Below, in pieces: positions 39,134-51,524 of a stretch of DNA of 64,000 nucleotides. Position numbers and translations under genes: made by a program. Under the pieces are notes generated by a model. That model worked only from the letters and a program-made list of their open reading frames with translations, was not told where the DNA came from and ran no database searches. Every line of letters starts with the position of its first letter. Position 1 is the stretch's first letter. This DNA comes from Lama glama (taxonomy: Eukaryota). The stretch spans positions 90,832,001 through 90,896,000 of the forward strand of contig CM052817.1 of assembly GCA_028534125.1 (NCBI GenBank). Direction: 5' to 3'.

Positions 39134-40981
39134 TTAGTTACAGTCAAGATAGCAGAGTGGTAGGGCCACAAGTGTGCCTCTCCTCGTGACTACAATGAAA
39201 CCCCAACTGAGTGCTAAAGAACCATCAAAAGACTGGAACCTAGCAAGAAAGATCTGCAAATGGAAACAAAGAGGGAACCACAGCAGGACAGTAGGAGGGG
39301 CGTGCTTGTGATATATTTGGACCCCATACTCCTGCGGTGGGGGACCCACAAGCTGAAGATTTGTTAAGTTGCAGGGGCCCTCCCAAAGGAGTGAAAGCTC
39401 TAAGCCCCACCTTAGGCTCCCCAGCTCAGGTCCTGGCATTAGGAAGAGAAGTGGACACCAGGACATCTGGTTTTGAAGGCCGAGGGGCTTGGCTCTGGGA
39501 TCTTCATGGGACTAGGGAAAACAGACTCCATTCACTTGAGAAGCGTACACAGAAACTCATGTGCACCAGGTCCAAGGGCAGAGGCAGTGATTTCATAGGA
39601 ACCTGGGCCAGACCTGCCTGCTGGATTTGGAGGGTCTCCTGGGGACATGGGGGATGGCTGTGGCTCACTCAGGGGACATAAAAGCTGGTGGTGGTCTGGG
39701 AGTGTTAATCTACATGAGCTTTCCTGGAGGCTGCCTTCTTGATTGGATCATTAGCACCAAGACCTAGCTCCACCCAACAGCCTGTAGGGAAGCCTCAGGC
39801 CAAACAACATACAGAATGGGAACACAGTCCCACCCATCAGCAGACTTCCTAAGCCACAAAGGCCTCTAGACACAGCCATACCCACCAGAGGTCCATGAGC
39901 AAGCTTCACCCAGCAGAGGGCAAGCACCGGCTCCTCCTGCCAAGAAACCTGCATAAGCATCTAGTCCAGCCTCATCCACCAGGGGCAGATACTAGAAATA
40001 AGAAAACAATAATCCCAAAGCCTGTAGAAGGAATCTACAAACATGTAGAAAGACAGACGATATGAAGTGGCAAAGGAATATCTCCCAGTCCAAGGCACAA
40101 GATAAAATCCCAGAAGAAGAAATAAGTGATGAGAAGATAGGTAATTTATCTGAGAAAGAGTTTAAAGTAATGATGGCCAAGATGATCAGAGAACTCAAGA
40201 GGAGTACAGATGCACAGAGTGAAGTTTTTGGCAAAGAGTTGGAAAATATAAAGAACATTCAAACAGAGGTGAAGAATAAAATCACTGAAATGAACAATAC
40301 ACTAGAAGGAACCAAGAATAGACTAAATGAGGCAGAAGACAGATTAGTGGAAATCACAACTTCAGAACAGAAAAAAGAAAAAAGAATAAAACGGAATGAG
40401 GATAGTTTAAGAGCGCTCTGGGACAACATGAAACACTCTAATATTCACATTATAGGGGTCCCAGAAAGAGAAGAAAGAGAAAGGACCTGAGAAAATTTTT
40501 GGAGAGATAATAACCGAAAACTTCCCCTACTTGGGAAAGGAAACAGTCACCCAAGTCCTGGAAGTGCAGAGAGTACCACACAGAATCAACCCAAAGAGGA
40601 ACACACCAAGGCACACAGTCAACAAACTGATAACAATTAAGGATGAGGAAATATTAAAATTAGCAAGAGAAAAGCAACGAATAACATACAAGGGAACTCT
40701 CATAACGTTATCAGCTGATTTTTCAGCAGAAATTCTACAGGCCAGAAGGGAGTGGCAAGATATATTTAAAGTGATGCAAGGGGGACACTTACAACCAAGA
40801 ATACCCAGCAAGGCTCTTGTTCAGACTTGATGGAGAAACCAAAAGCTTCATAGATAAACAAAAGCTAAAAGATTTCAGCACCACCAAACCAGCTTTACAA
40901 CAAATGTTAAAGGATCTTCTCTAGTCATCAAACTGTAAGAAAAGAGAACAAAAAGAAGAGGGAAAAAAAGAGACCTACAAA
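39134..40981 (+). mobile_element. L1 5' UTR + ORF1 + inter-ORF spacer (no sense ORF2)
   Basis: Starts gtcaagatagcagagtgg, followed by a GC-richer 5' UTR, ORF1 and an A-rich spacer ending agacctacaa. Confidence 0.9.
40062..40924 (+). pseudogene. L1 ORF1p, frameshifted
   Basis: MKWQRNISQ...LSEKEFK...RNEDSLRALWDNMKHSNIHIIGVPE; frameshift near 40475; RINPKRNTPRH...SADFSAEILQARREWQDIFK; ends QQMLKDLL* at 40924. Confidence 0.9.
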
Positions 40982-41262
40982 AGATTGCTTTGGCTGTTTG
41001 GGGTCTTTTGTGGTTCCTTATAATTTTTGGAATTGTTTGTTCTAGTCCTCTGAGGAATGTAGCGAGTATTCTGATGGGGGTTGCATTGGATCTGTGGATT
41101 GCTTTGGGTAGTGTGGCCATTTTGATAGTGTTGATTCTTCCAATCCAAGAGCACAAGAAATCTTTCCATTTCTCTGTGTCATTTCGGTTTTCAGAGTATA
41201 GGCAACCTCCTTGGCTAAGTTTATTTCTAAGTATTTTGTTGTTTTTGATGTAATGGAAATGT
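40981..41262 (-). mobile_element. Inverted L1 ORF2 (post-RT) fragment
   Basis: Minus frame DTEKWKDFLCSWIGRINTIKMATLPKAIHRSNATPI...NHKRPQTAKAI. Confidence 0.95.
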
Positions 41263-41323
41263 CTCTGCCAGTTATAAAATTCTGGTTTTTGAAGTGAAAA
41301 AAAAAAAAGTGAATGAAGGGCCG

Positions 41324-41530
41324 CAAATGGCAAAATATCCTTCTTTTTTTATGGGTGAGCTGTATTCCATTACATATATATATATATGTATATGTATATA
41401 TACACACACACACACATATGCTGCATCTCCATTATCTATTCAACTATCGATGTGCACTTAGGATGCTTCCATATCTTGGCAATTATAAATAATGTTGCTA
41501 TTGATAGCATGGTGTATCTTTTTCAGTTAA
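41324..41530 (-). mobile_element. L1 ORF2-end fragment with internal (TA)/(CA) microsatellite
   Basis: gcaaatggcaaaatatccttcttttttt...gcacttaggatgcttccatatcttggcaattataaataatgttgctat. Confidence 0.9.
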
Positions 41531-41599
41531 TTCTTATTTTGTGGTTGGCTTTATTCCTTTGATAACTATGTAAGTTTAAAAAGCTAAAGCTCCAAACGT

Positions 41600-42178
41600 T
41601 CTTAGAAACAATGAACAGTACATATATGTAAATTTAAAAGTATATGTGCAGTAAAAAAAAAAATCAATCCATGAAAGACAAAGAAGAAACTTAAAAGACA
41701 TATTACTAAATGAAAGAAGCCAGTCTGAAAAGGCTACAAACTCTGCAATTCCAACCAAATGACATTCTGGAAAAGGCACAGCTACAGAAACAATAAAAAG
41801 ATCGTGGTTTCCAGGGATTTGGGGAGAGAGAGGGAGGGACGAATGAATAGATGGAGCACAAGGGATTTTTAGGGCAATGAAATTATTCTGTATGATACTA
41901 CAGTGGTGGCTACATGTCATTATGCATTTGTCAAAACCCATAGAATGTACAACATCAAGAGTGAATCCTAACGTAAACTATGGACTTTGGTTGATAATTG
42001 TGTGCCCGTGTCTCATCGATTGTACCAAATATGCTATGCTGATGAGGGATGTTGAGACTAGGGGAGTATATATGTGTGGGTGGGGAGAGCTATGTGTGAA
42101 CTCTGTATATTTTTTGCTCAATTCTGTTAGGAATCTGAAACTGCCCTTAAAGAATGAAGTTTATCTTTTAAAAAAAGA
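41600..42178 (+). mobile_element. L1MC-type 3' end
   Basis: gaaagaagccagtctgaaaaggctaca...gtcaaaacccatagaatgtacaacatcaagagtgaatcctaacgtaaactatggactttgg. Confidence 0.9.
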
Positions 42179-42959
42179 CATTAAAAAAAAAAACAAATAA
42201 CTTACAACTCCTGTAACTATGAGTTTTTAATTATTGACTTCATCAAAATTTATTATTTATCTATATAGCAAATAACCTAATGGATAACATATACAAGGCT
42301 TCCAGTGTTTAAACCAGCTTTTTTGCTTATAAGCCCCAAACTGGTGTTCGCTTATGTGGTACAAAATACCAGAGGGTTCCTGAGGCCTCCAGCTTATCCC
42401 CCTAAGTCCTATCTCTTTTCAAAAATCTCCATAAAAGATCTATACCTCCTATGGTTACCCATTCCAGTAAGTCACATTTCTTCCTGTCCTATAATAAAAC
42501 CCATCCTTTTACCATTAAAGGCATTTTCTGAAAGTGAGCCCTTAAGGGAGATGAAGAGGGTTCTTTTTAACATAAGCAGTTCACATTTCCAAATTGTAAG
42601 TTCTCCTTAAAGAAATCTGGTATCATGAAATACCTCCTGCCCCAAATAAGAATTTCCAAGGCTCCTGTATGGCGATGTTTTCTCTATAATCCCAGATCAG
42701 ATTCAGTCTATTCAGAGTTACAATAAACTCAGAAATACTGCTCAAATAAAATGAAATGTCCATCAAGCAATGGCTATTTAACTTACACATAATTTTAATT
42801 TTAATTCTCCAGGTTATTTGATACTCTATGATTAATTTTTTTAAATAGTCTTTATTTAACACTCTCCTCCTTGGTCCTGGGTTTTTAGTGAATAAAGTCT
42901 GTATGACCTAGCTTACCTTCTTCATTGTTAAACTGCAAGGAGCAGAAACAGGGTACTGT

Positions 42960-44790
42960 TTTCTCCGGGGCAGAACAAGTAGGCACCCGTGTCAGGGTAG
43001 GAGCAGCCCAGGGTCCAGAGAGGGTTGTCAGAGCCTGACCAGAGCCAGAAAGGTACCCTCACCAGCAGGGCAGCCTGTATGGAGTGTCGGAGCTCAGGCA
43101 GTGGGAGCTGAGCCTCACATGAGCATCAGCTGGATGGTGAGGGAGAGTCTGAGAGGTGTGGAGAGACTCTCCACACTAGGAGATGACCCCTTCCACAAGG
43201 AGGGTCAGAGCGGCAGTGAGGAGAGGAGGGATCTGCACAGGGGACAGCCTGGTGCAGGTATCAGACCGTGAGCAGGGTAATAAGCTTCCCTGGGGTGGGA
43301 GAGAGGAGTGGCATGCTCTGAGATACTCCAGCCCCACCAGGGAGGAGGGACTCAATGTGGGAGAGGAAACAGCAGCGGAGATGGGAAACTGGCTAATACA
43401 GGGAGTGATCAAAGAATAAACAGATGAAAGAAGGGGTGCAGTTTTCCCATCATTGGAGAAGTGGGTTACAATTATGAAAAGTAAGAAAACTAGAACAGCC
43501 ACATGATAGGGCTGTGCTGAGTAAGAACTGGAAGTGTGGGTGTGAACTTTTCAATAGATAATTATTGATAGACAGATTAAATACAGATATAAATAGGTGT
43601 TTGAATATTTTAATATGTGTGTGGGGATGTTGGTGAGCTGGTATTTACATATATCAAGTACACACATATGTGTGTATATATGTACATCTGTGGGTATGTA
43701 TTTATGTATCTATACACATATGTGTGTGTATACACACACACACACACACACAAGACACACACATTCCCTAGAACTAGTAGCAGCAACATACCAACAGCAA
43801 TGAACACACTTACTGCCCATATCTGGGCTCCTAAATTCCATTCTCCAGTAAAAAGAACTAGGGCTACTTCTGAAGAGCTATTTGAATCCAGGGCTGGGGA
43901 GAGAAAGTACGAGATGACCCTAGACCATTTTTTTGTATCAGAGAGCAAGAAAGTACTCCAAGAATGATAGGGACATATGTCAAAGCTTGAAGCAGCTTCT
44001 ACTGCCAAATCAGGAAAATCTGAGTATCAAAATAATGATAGTGACAGATTATCACCCACTGAATATAATAGGAAACCATAAGCCCATGAATGAATAAATT
44101 GAATGTCTAAAGATGAATGAGACATTTACACGGTTTCAAAGTAGCTCCCCTCAAAATACTCATTAATCATGAAGGGAGAAAGAGTAATCTTGCAGTGGAG
44201 AAGCCTGGAAGGTGCCACCTTCATCAAGTGATCCAAGTGGAAGATTTTCAATAAGACATGTCCAAATTGTGTGCCACCTAATAAGACACAATGAAAAGAA
44301 CACAGAATCATAGCTGCAATAGCCATGACAAGCATGCACAACCTGAATCATGAAGTAACATCCAACAAACCCATGCTAAAGGGTGTTCTACAAAGTAAAT
44401 GGCCCGCAATCTTCAAAAATATCAAGGTCATAAAAGTCAAGGAAATTTGAGAGAAGCTATTTCAGAGTGAGAGAGACTAAAGAGATGTGACAACTACATG
44501 CAACACACGATTCTGAACTGGGTATTTTTCTATCCGAGATATTATTGAGCTAGTTGGCAAAACTGAGGACTAGACAACAGTCATGTATTAATATTCAGTT
44601 CCTCTGTTTGATGATTGTTCTGCAGTTTATGTTGAAGAAAATCTTTGTTGGAAACACACACTAGAGTACAGGGGGACGTGGCTGTAAGAGCATCAGATTG
44701 ACAAGTTACTCTCAAATGGTTCAGGAATAAAATTCTTTGTACTGTACTTTCAACTCTTCTAGAAGAAGGTGATAATTTCAAAATTTTTAA
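42960..44790 (+). mobile_element. L1MC/L1MD-type long 3' UTR
   Basis: ccattctccagtaaaaagaactagggct, gcagtggagaagcctggaaggtgccaccttcatcaagtgatc, ttactctcaaatggttcagg; includes a (TA/CA) tract at 43660-43762. 5' boundary approximate. Confidence 0.8.
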
Positions 44791-44844
44791 ATGTATTTAA
44801 AATTTAACTAGATATAAAGACCGGAATAGGGAAAATCAGTAAAT

Positions 44845-45200
44845 TTTGAAAGCAGATTGTATACTAGATAATAATATTGAATCAAAGCTAAATTTCCTGA
44901 ATTTGATCTTTGTACCATGATTATAAAAGAGAATGTCCTTGTTCTAAGGAGATGCATGCTGAAGTATTTTGAGGTGAAGCATTATGATGTCTGTAATTTA
45001 CTCTCAAATGGCTCAGAAAAAAATATTAGTAATAATAATGCATACAGACACACACATACACACACATACAGAGCACAAGTGTGATAATGTTAACAATTGG
45101 TGAGTCTAGATGAAGAATGTAACAGAGCTCATTGTACTCTTTGGAACCTTTTTGGGTTTGAGATTTTTTTTCAAAAGAATTTTAGAAATAAAACAAAATT
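44845..45200 (+). mobile_element. Old L1M 3' end fragment
   Basis: aaatttcctgaatttgat...gagaatgtccttgttctaaggagatgcatgctgaagtattt...aatgttaacaattggtgagtctagatgaag. Confidence 0.8.
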
Positions 45201-45216
45201 AAAAAATCACCTGGAC

Positions 45217-45395
45217 CCTGGTTCCCAACCTTAGCTGCATAGCTGAATCCCCCAGGGAGCTTTGCAAATGAAAGATTTCTGACATACACCCCAGTCTGAC
45301 AAATCAAAATCTCTGAGAGTTCTGCCTGGAAAGATTTCAAAGTTTTCAGGGGTTTGAACACATCTCATCACTGACCGGCATCTGGGACTCACTAA
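45217..45395. mobile_element. MER5B-like MITE
   Basis: tggttcccaaccttagctgcatagctgaatcccccagggagcttt...aatcaaaatctctgag. Confidence 0.65.
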
Positions 45396-45404
45396 TCTGT
45401 TCTG

Positions 45405-45533
45405 TCGCCCTTTTACAAATGAAGAAACCGAGGCCCCAAGAGGTCAAGGGTCTTGCTTAAGGTCACATTGATAGGTAGTGGCAGAAAGAAGACCAGGAAT
45501 CTAGCCCTCCTGACTCCCAGTTCAGCGTTCTTT
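45405..45533 (-). mobile_element. MIR SINE
   Basis: ttttacaaatgaagaaaccgaggccccaagagg...aaggtcaca...cctgactcccag. Confidence 0.9.
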
Positions 45534-46699
45534 GAGGACAATTCATAAATGGTTGACTCTCAGTAGGATTTTTTTTTTAAAAAAAATCTTGATCTTCAAA
45601 GCTTTCTCCACTCAAAAATGCTGTTGCGTTTGACCCCAAAGCTTCCCATGGGGAGGTGCCATGCAGCTGTGACTGTCCTCAGATCTCAGGGCTAAATTGG
45701 AGACCTGGTCTTTGAAGACACAGACACTAGCTTGTAATCATCTTTTTCAAGTCAAAACGTCAAGTCTCTGAATGTTTTTGCTGGAGTTTATGGGTTTCAA
45801 CCCGAAAGGAAATAAAAGCAGTTGGAAGAAAGAACTTGGGGAAGCAGGTAAAAAGCCTTTGTTGATGGAGCTCATTTGTGGTGAAGTCCCAACAGGCTTG
45901 GCTGAGGCGTTACCCCCCCCCCATCTCTACAACGCAGAAGCAGTTCCCCAAGACAAAGAAATCTTATGGGTTTGCAGTGTTACAAGATGGTGAAATCTCC
46001 ACGCTTTTCCTACCAAGCATCTCTCCTTAAAAGAAAAAGCAAAAGGATAAATTATATCAGGTTATTCTTTCGATTCCCTTTGCTGAGCCAGTTCCTGCTG
46101 CAGTGAGGGAAGCCTTATAATCAGATTTGTGCAAGTATTTCTGTCCAGGCTTGCTGAGCTTTGTCAGCACAAAATGTTTATAAACTGCTAACATACAGTG
46201 TTTTTTTTTTCCAGTCACTTTGTATGGTTTCATTTAATTTCACTTCTCTCCACCTATAGACCAAATATTTCATTCCCAGACAGAGAAAAGAAAAAAACTA
46301 CTCACCTTTGAAACCCACTATCCTCCCATCACAGAAAAAAAAGTGGCAGACCAGAAGATGCAGTTAATGTGAATGGAGCTAAAGGAATCAAACCCTGCTT
46401 CCTGACAGTTTAAGTATAGAATCCACAACATTAGACGATTTCTACCTAGCTTTGATGCACTTAATATAATCCACTAAACAGGATTGTTAAACATTACCTT
46501 TGAGCCAGAAGTCAGCCCACCAGCCCATCACACTGCCTACTTACCTAGCCAGGCCACAGTCTTGGTTCTCCTAGATGCCACCATAATTTGGGATATTTAT
46601 AGCATGGGAGTGGGCTAATGCCATGCCTGTCATCAGTGATAACCTATATTTCCAAGAAAGTATTATAAATCCGACCAAATATCCTTCTGATCATCCAGG

Positions 46700-47130
46700 T
46701 CAGAAGCGTAGGAGTTACCTTTGATCCCCTGTCCCTCCTCAAGTCTCCAAGTGCTGTGGGGTGTGTCTTTTCCCTTTCTCTTAGGTCTAACCTCTCCCTT
46801 CTGTTTCCAAGGCTGGGGCCAATCTCTAAATCATCTTTGTCTAAATCATCTTTTCAATAGCATTCTAATTGTTTCCATGTCATTGATCTGTTGGTTTTCC
46901 ATTCATTATTCATGATGCTATCCAGTTAGTTTCTTAAAAAGGTAGAATGTATTACATTATACACTTACTCAACAGTCTTCCGTGGCTCCTCATGGTCTAC
47001 AGAATAAAGCCCATCCCTTTGCATGGCTTCTCGGGATCCACCCTACCTTTCTAGCCACATAATCCTCTCTCTCCTTCAACATAACATGTTCCATCCACAT
47101 ACAAGAAATCCTTCACTTCGTGCTTCTACA
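46700..47130 (+). mobile_element. L2 fragment
   Basis: cttccgtggctcctcatggtctacagaataaagccca; diverged. Confidence 0.6.
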
Positions 47131-47139
47131 CTTTGGGAT

Positions 47140-47960
47140 ATCGGGTAACATGATGGACTAAGATGATGTAAATGAGCTCACTTCTGACAATAAACACATG
47201 GAAATTCTGCATAAAACAAAGCACATACAAAAATTCAGACATCTCCCTCAAAAGAAAGAAGAGTAGCATCTGGGTCATAGAAACCATGCATGATGGGAAA
47301 GACAATACAATAAGCAGAGGATGCTGCCCATAAGGGATTCAGCTCCAAATAAGGGCTTAAGCAAGTAGAGGCTGAGGTTCTAACAGCTGTACATGGAGAC
47401 AATAAGTAGCATTTAGCCAATTAAAAAAAGAAAAAGAAAAAGGGAAACAGGATCTAAAACCCTGAATAAATCCAACAATCTCAGTGATCTGGCCTATCTG
47501 TGAAAATGACACTACAAATATTTTGATCATTAGCCAAGAGAAAGTTGCAAGGAACTTTTATTTACTGATCTTTTTGGGGTGGAGATGGGAGGTAAGAAAG
47601 ATTTTAATCACAAGTCAAAACCTGAGGCCCATGCCAGAATGAGTCTGGGTCTAAATCTGCATTTTCTATGTTATAAAGAAACCCCAAGATGAAAATTGGT
47701 CTGTCTTGTTAAATTCATAGAGTCCAGGCAGAAGCAAATGGAAATCTATTCAGTGAGGACACTTCCACATTCAATGCCCATGGAAAGTTCCAGAATGAAA
47801 CAACACCCACAGAAGATGATTTTACAACAACAAACAAAATTTACAAACCTCAAGAAAGAACAATCCACTGAGACCCAGAGAAGATGCAACAAACAAGAAT
47901 GTAGTTCACCAAACACTACAGAGAGTAAAACAATCATAAATACTGCAAGAAGAGGGTAGA
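47140..47960 (+). mobile_element. Ancient L1M 5' region fragment
   Basis: ccaggcagaagcaaatggaaatctattcagtgaggac and aaaatttacaaacctcaagaaagaacaa resemble the ancient L1 5'UTR/ORF1 start. Confidence 0.5.
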
Positions 47961-48159
47961 GTTCAGTTGGGCCTCATGGGACTAGAAGTAGAAATCAAAA
48001 CAAAGACAACCATTCTTTGCAAAGTTGTCTCTTTTAGGAACCATATGCTACGTTGATGTTTTAAGATGTCTTTTATCTACTTACATACTAAATACTATGC
48101 TTACATTATAAATAATAACTCTTTATTTACATTTAGAAGCATTGTTCCACATATCATAT

Positions 48160-48410
48160 GGAAGCCCATATAGCTTAGGACTTGAAAGTTTAGATTCTGT
48201 AATTTAAAGTCCTGAGTTATTCCTGATTCTGCCACTTACTGGCTCTATGACCTTAAATTTATCCTCTTTTTCAAGCTCCTGGTGTGTAAAATAAGGATGA
48301 TAGTTTGTATCTAGCAGGATTGATAAAGAGATCCAGGGAGACAGGACTGTAAAGTTCTCAGCCTGGGGCCTGGCATAAAGAAGTATCAAATAAATGTTAT
48401 TCATTATTAT
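48160..48410 (+). mobile_element. MIR SINE
   Basis: tcctgattctgccacttactggctctatgacctt...cctggcataaagaagtatcaaataaatgttatt. Confidence 0.85.
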
Positions 48411-48424
48411 TCATGCCAATTACC

Positions 48425-48570
48425 TTGCACACATTCTTGTAAAAATATATTATTACCTCCATGTTACATATTAAGAAAGGGAGTTCACAGAGGTGAATTG
48501 CCTAAGGTAACACTGCTAGGAAGCGATGGAGCTAGAATATGAACCCAGACGTATGACTCCAAAGCTTTCA
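48425..48570 (-). mobile_element. MIR SINE
   Basis: cacagaggtgaattgcctaaggtaacactgctagg...gaacccagacgtatgactccaaagc. Confidence 0.8.
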
Positions 48571-48699
48571 TCGTCAGCCTGTGTGACACAGCTAAGTTTA
48601 CTCGGGACCCAAAATGGTCACCTTCAACTGACAGTATTATTATCTGCTAACTCCCAGATTCCCCACTGATAGACAATTTCTTTGTGTCTTAATGTAAAC

Positions 48700-49745
48700 C
48701 TGCTTATTTACTGAACATATTTATCCTGCTTCATATACTAAGCACTGTGTAAGGTATAGGATCTAGAGTCAACAATAATACTACTTGCAATCTACTAAGT
48801 GAGACAATCAGAAAGCACCAAGAATGTGTGTGTGCGTGTATGTGTTTGTGTATAGCTGAAATTGTTTTTAAAAAAAGAGTGTTGGGGAGAAAATCACAGG
48901 GTGCAGTGAGAGTAAGAAGTGGAACCTACTTTAATAAGGGTGTTGGAAAGGCATCTGCTAGAAGATAAAAATTTTGTTTTCAATTAAAGTTACAATGTGT
49001 AAATTTCTGGAAACTAATGAACTCATCTATAAAACAGAAACAGACTCGCACACATAGTAAACAATCTTATGGTTACCTGGGGAAAAGAGGGTGGGAAGGG
49101 ATAAATTTGGGAGTTTGAGATTTGCAAATGTTAACCACTATATATAAAAATAGATTTTAAAAATTTCTTTTATATAGTACAGGGATCTATATTCAGTATC
49201 TTGTAACAACCTTTAATGAAAAAGACTATGAAAATGAATATATGTATATATTTATGCATGATTGGGATATTATGCTGTATACTAGAAGTTAAAATTTAAG
49301 CTGAGACTGAAAATATTCAGAGAAGCCAGCATGTGGAAGGTGAACAAAAGAGTAACACGTCAGGAAGGGCATCCTGTGCAGACTGGAGTGTGGAAATCAC
49401 CTTAGCATACTGGAGGAACTGCAACAAGGAGGAATTGTGGAGTGGCTGGAGGAAGGAGAGCAAGCCGATGAGAGGAGTGATGAAGAAGAGTAATTGCAGG
49501 GGCTGAACAGGGTGGCCCGTGCAAAGGAAAACCACTGAAGTTCTTTAAGTAGAAGAGTGACATGACCTGATCATGTTTTCGAAACATCACTCTAACTGGA
49601 GAATGGACTTCACAGGGAAGATGAAGAAACCCAGTAGGAGGCTCTGGCTGTATGCTGGTCATGGTCAGATGGGCAGCAGGAAGTGAGCAGATGTGAGATA
49701 TATTTTCGAGAGAAACTGGGAAGCATTGCTGAGAGATGGGAGAGA
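48700..49745 (-). mobile_element. L2 fragment hosting an L1 insertion
   Basis: ttatttactgaacatatttat...atttaagctgagactgaa...ggaaaaccactgaagttctttaagtagaagagtgacatgacctgat. Confidence 0.85.
48975..49281 (-). mobile_element. Twin-primed L1 3' fragment (48975-49010 on -, 49011-49281 inverted on +)
   Basis: The reverse complement of 48971-49010 is ccagaaatttacacattgtaactttaattgaaaacaaaat (L1 terminus). The upstream 3' UTR lies on +. TSD at 48958-48974 / 49282-49297. Confidence 0.85.
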
Positions 49746-51524
49746 GTCTGATCATAGGCTCACTCATTCCTGGTGAATCTTTAGTCACTGCTTAGTCAAT
49801 AGACTGGCTTCCTCTGCACTCTGTGTCTATTCACAACCAACCGACGATGGCCAGGGCCAGGTACCAGGGACAGGGTGAGGGCTAACCCTTTGGAGAGGCT
49901 GTGGATGAGGCCATTTTCTTGGGAAAATGGTGATTCCATTCCTCCCTTCAACCTCCCACACAGGAGAACGAGTTCCTTGATGACACAGATTTTCATCCCA
50001 TCCTATTTGTACCCCCACATCAATGAACAATGCTCGTTACATAGTACATGCTCCATAAATAAAATTTCAATTAAACTAATTTACTCAAGACAAAAATAGT
50101 GCCATATGAAATTGAAAAGCTGTCTTGTTCTCTCTCTCATCTCTCTTCGTCTGTTCCCTTTCCGTCTCCATGTTCTTCTCTCTTCCATGTAACTAGCATT
50201 TTTTTTCACTTGCTGTCAGACTTCACCATTCAGAAACGACCAAAACAAAAGGGAAAAAAATGGTGCAAAGAGAAAATCAGCAGCTCTGTTCAATAATAGC
50301 CAATTGTTTCCCTGACAGCATCCAGACAAATAGTCTAAATCACAAATGCATTGGTGACCCTCATTTTGGAAGGGCTGCCCTAATCTCAGTGACTGGAATT
50401 GAACTTCAAAAATGGGTATCAAGGTCCTTGGGGGCCCCTCACTTTGCTATTCCAACACCCCAGTGCTACCATCCTTTTTCATTCACTTAATAAAAATAAC
50501 AAGAAAAACCATAATAGCCAAATTTTTCTCTCAAATGCCAATGTAGAGAGCAATCATTCCCAAACTCCAAGGCAGTAAAAAAAAGCTCCTTTGAACAATG
50601 CTTTATTTTTACCTCATTTATTTCTCAATTTTTATTCCTAGATTAGATATATACCTATAGAAGAGGAGACAATACATCGAGCTGCAAAGTAGTTTCAAGT
50701 TGCAAAGCAGATTAAGCAAAGAATTATGTATAATCACCATTGAATCCCTATGTCCATCACTCTCCTCTCATGCCTTTATATAAAGAAGTCAAAAGGTAGC
50801 CTAGATCTGAAATGAAAAAAATCACAGCATGACTGGAGATGGGTTCCAGGAGCTCCGTTTTAGGAAACAGCAGATCATGAAGCAGCTCTTACTGAATAAA
50901 ATAAAACTGGGGTAAAAAATCCAACTGAAATGCTACAGAGATTCAAAGGCATTATCTATTGATTGTGCACTATGACTGCTTTCAGATTTTTGCTAGACAA
51001 AATTTTTCAACACTGTGCAAATTTCTTGGCTCCTTATATACACATAAACACTAATACATGCATAAATATCAGATGTGGATGTTTTGTAAAAGGCTAAAAA
51101 AATATTTCTGTAAACTCTGTCCCTCGAGATTTTTATACAACTGAGTTTGAATGACTTATATAATTAGACAACTAAATTCTATAGCTAAAAAGGCTTATAT
51201 ATTTATTGTCTGAATAATAGTATTTTAATGGGCATATTCGTTGGTTAGTGAATGTTTCTTTCAAAGGAAAAGGGTCTCACAATATGAACTTTATTTTATT
51301 CCAATACCAATTTAATATGTATATGAAAATTAAATATGAATAAAATGTACACATGTATACTTAGTGTTCTTATTCAATATAAAAATTACATTAATAACAA
51401 ATGATGTTATTTTGTTGAAACTAAACAGGAACTAAACAGCAGCTTTAATGAGAAAGATATATTTTAGATTTAGTTCCCATTTATTGTATCTACAATTTAA
51501 CTTCAATGATGATAAAAGTGACAG

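Noticed and set aside
46825..46853. Short tandem duplications (also near 611-640, 11262-11280, 57214-57245)
   Set aside because: Ordinary 9-17-bp slippage products.
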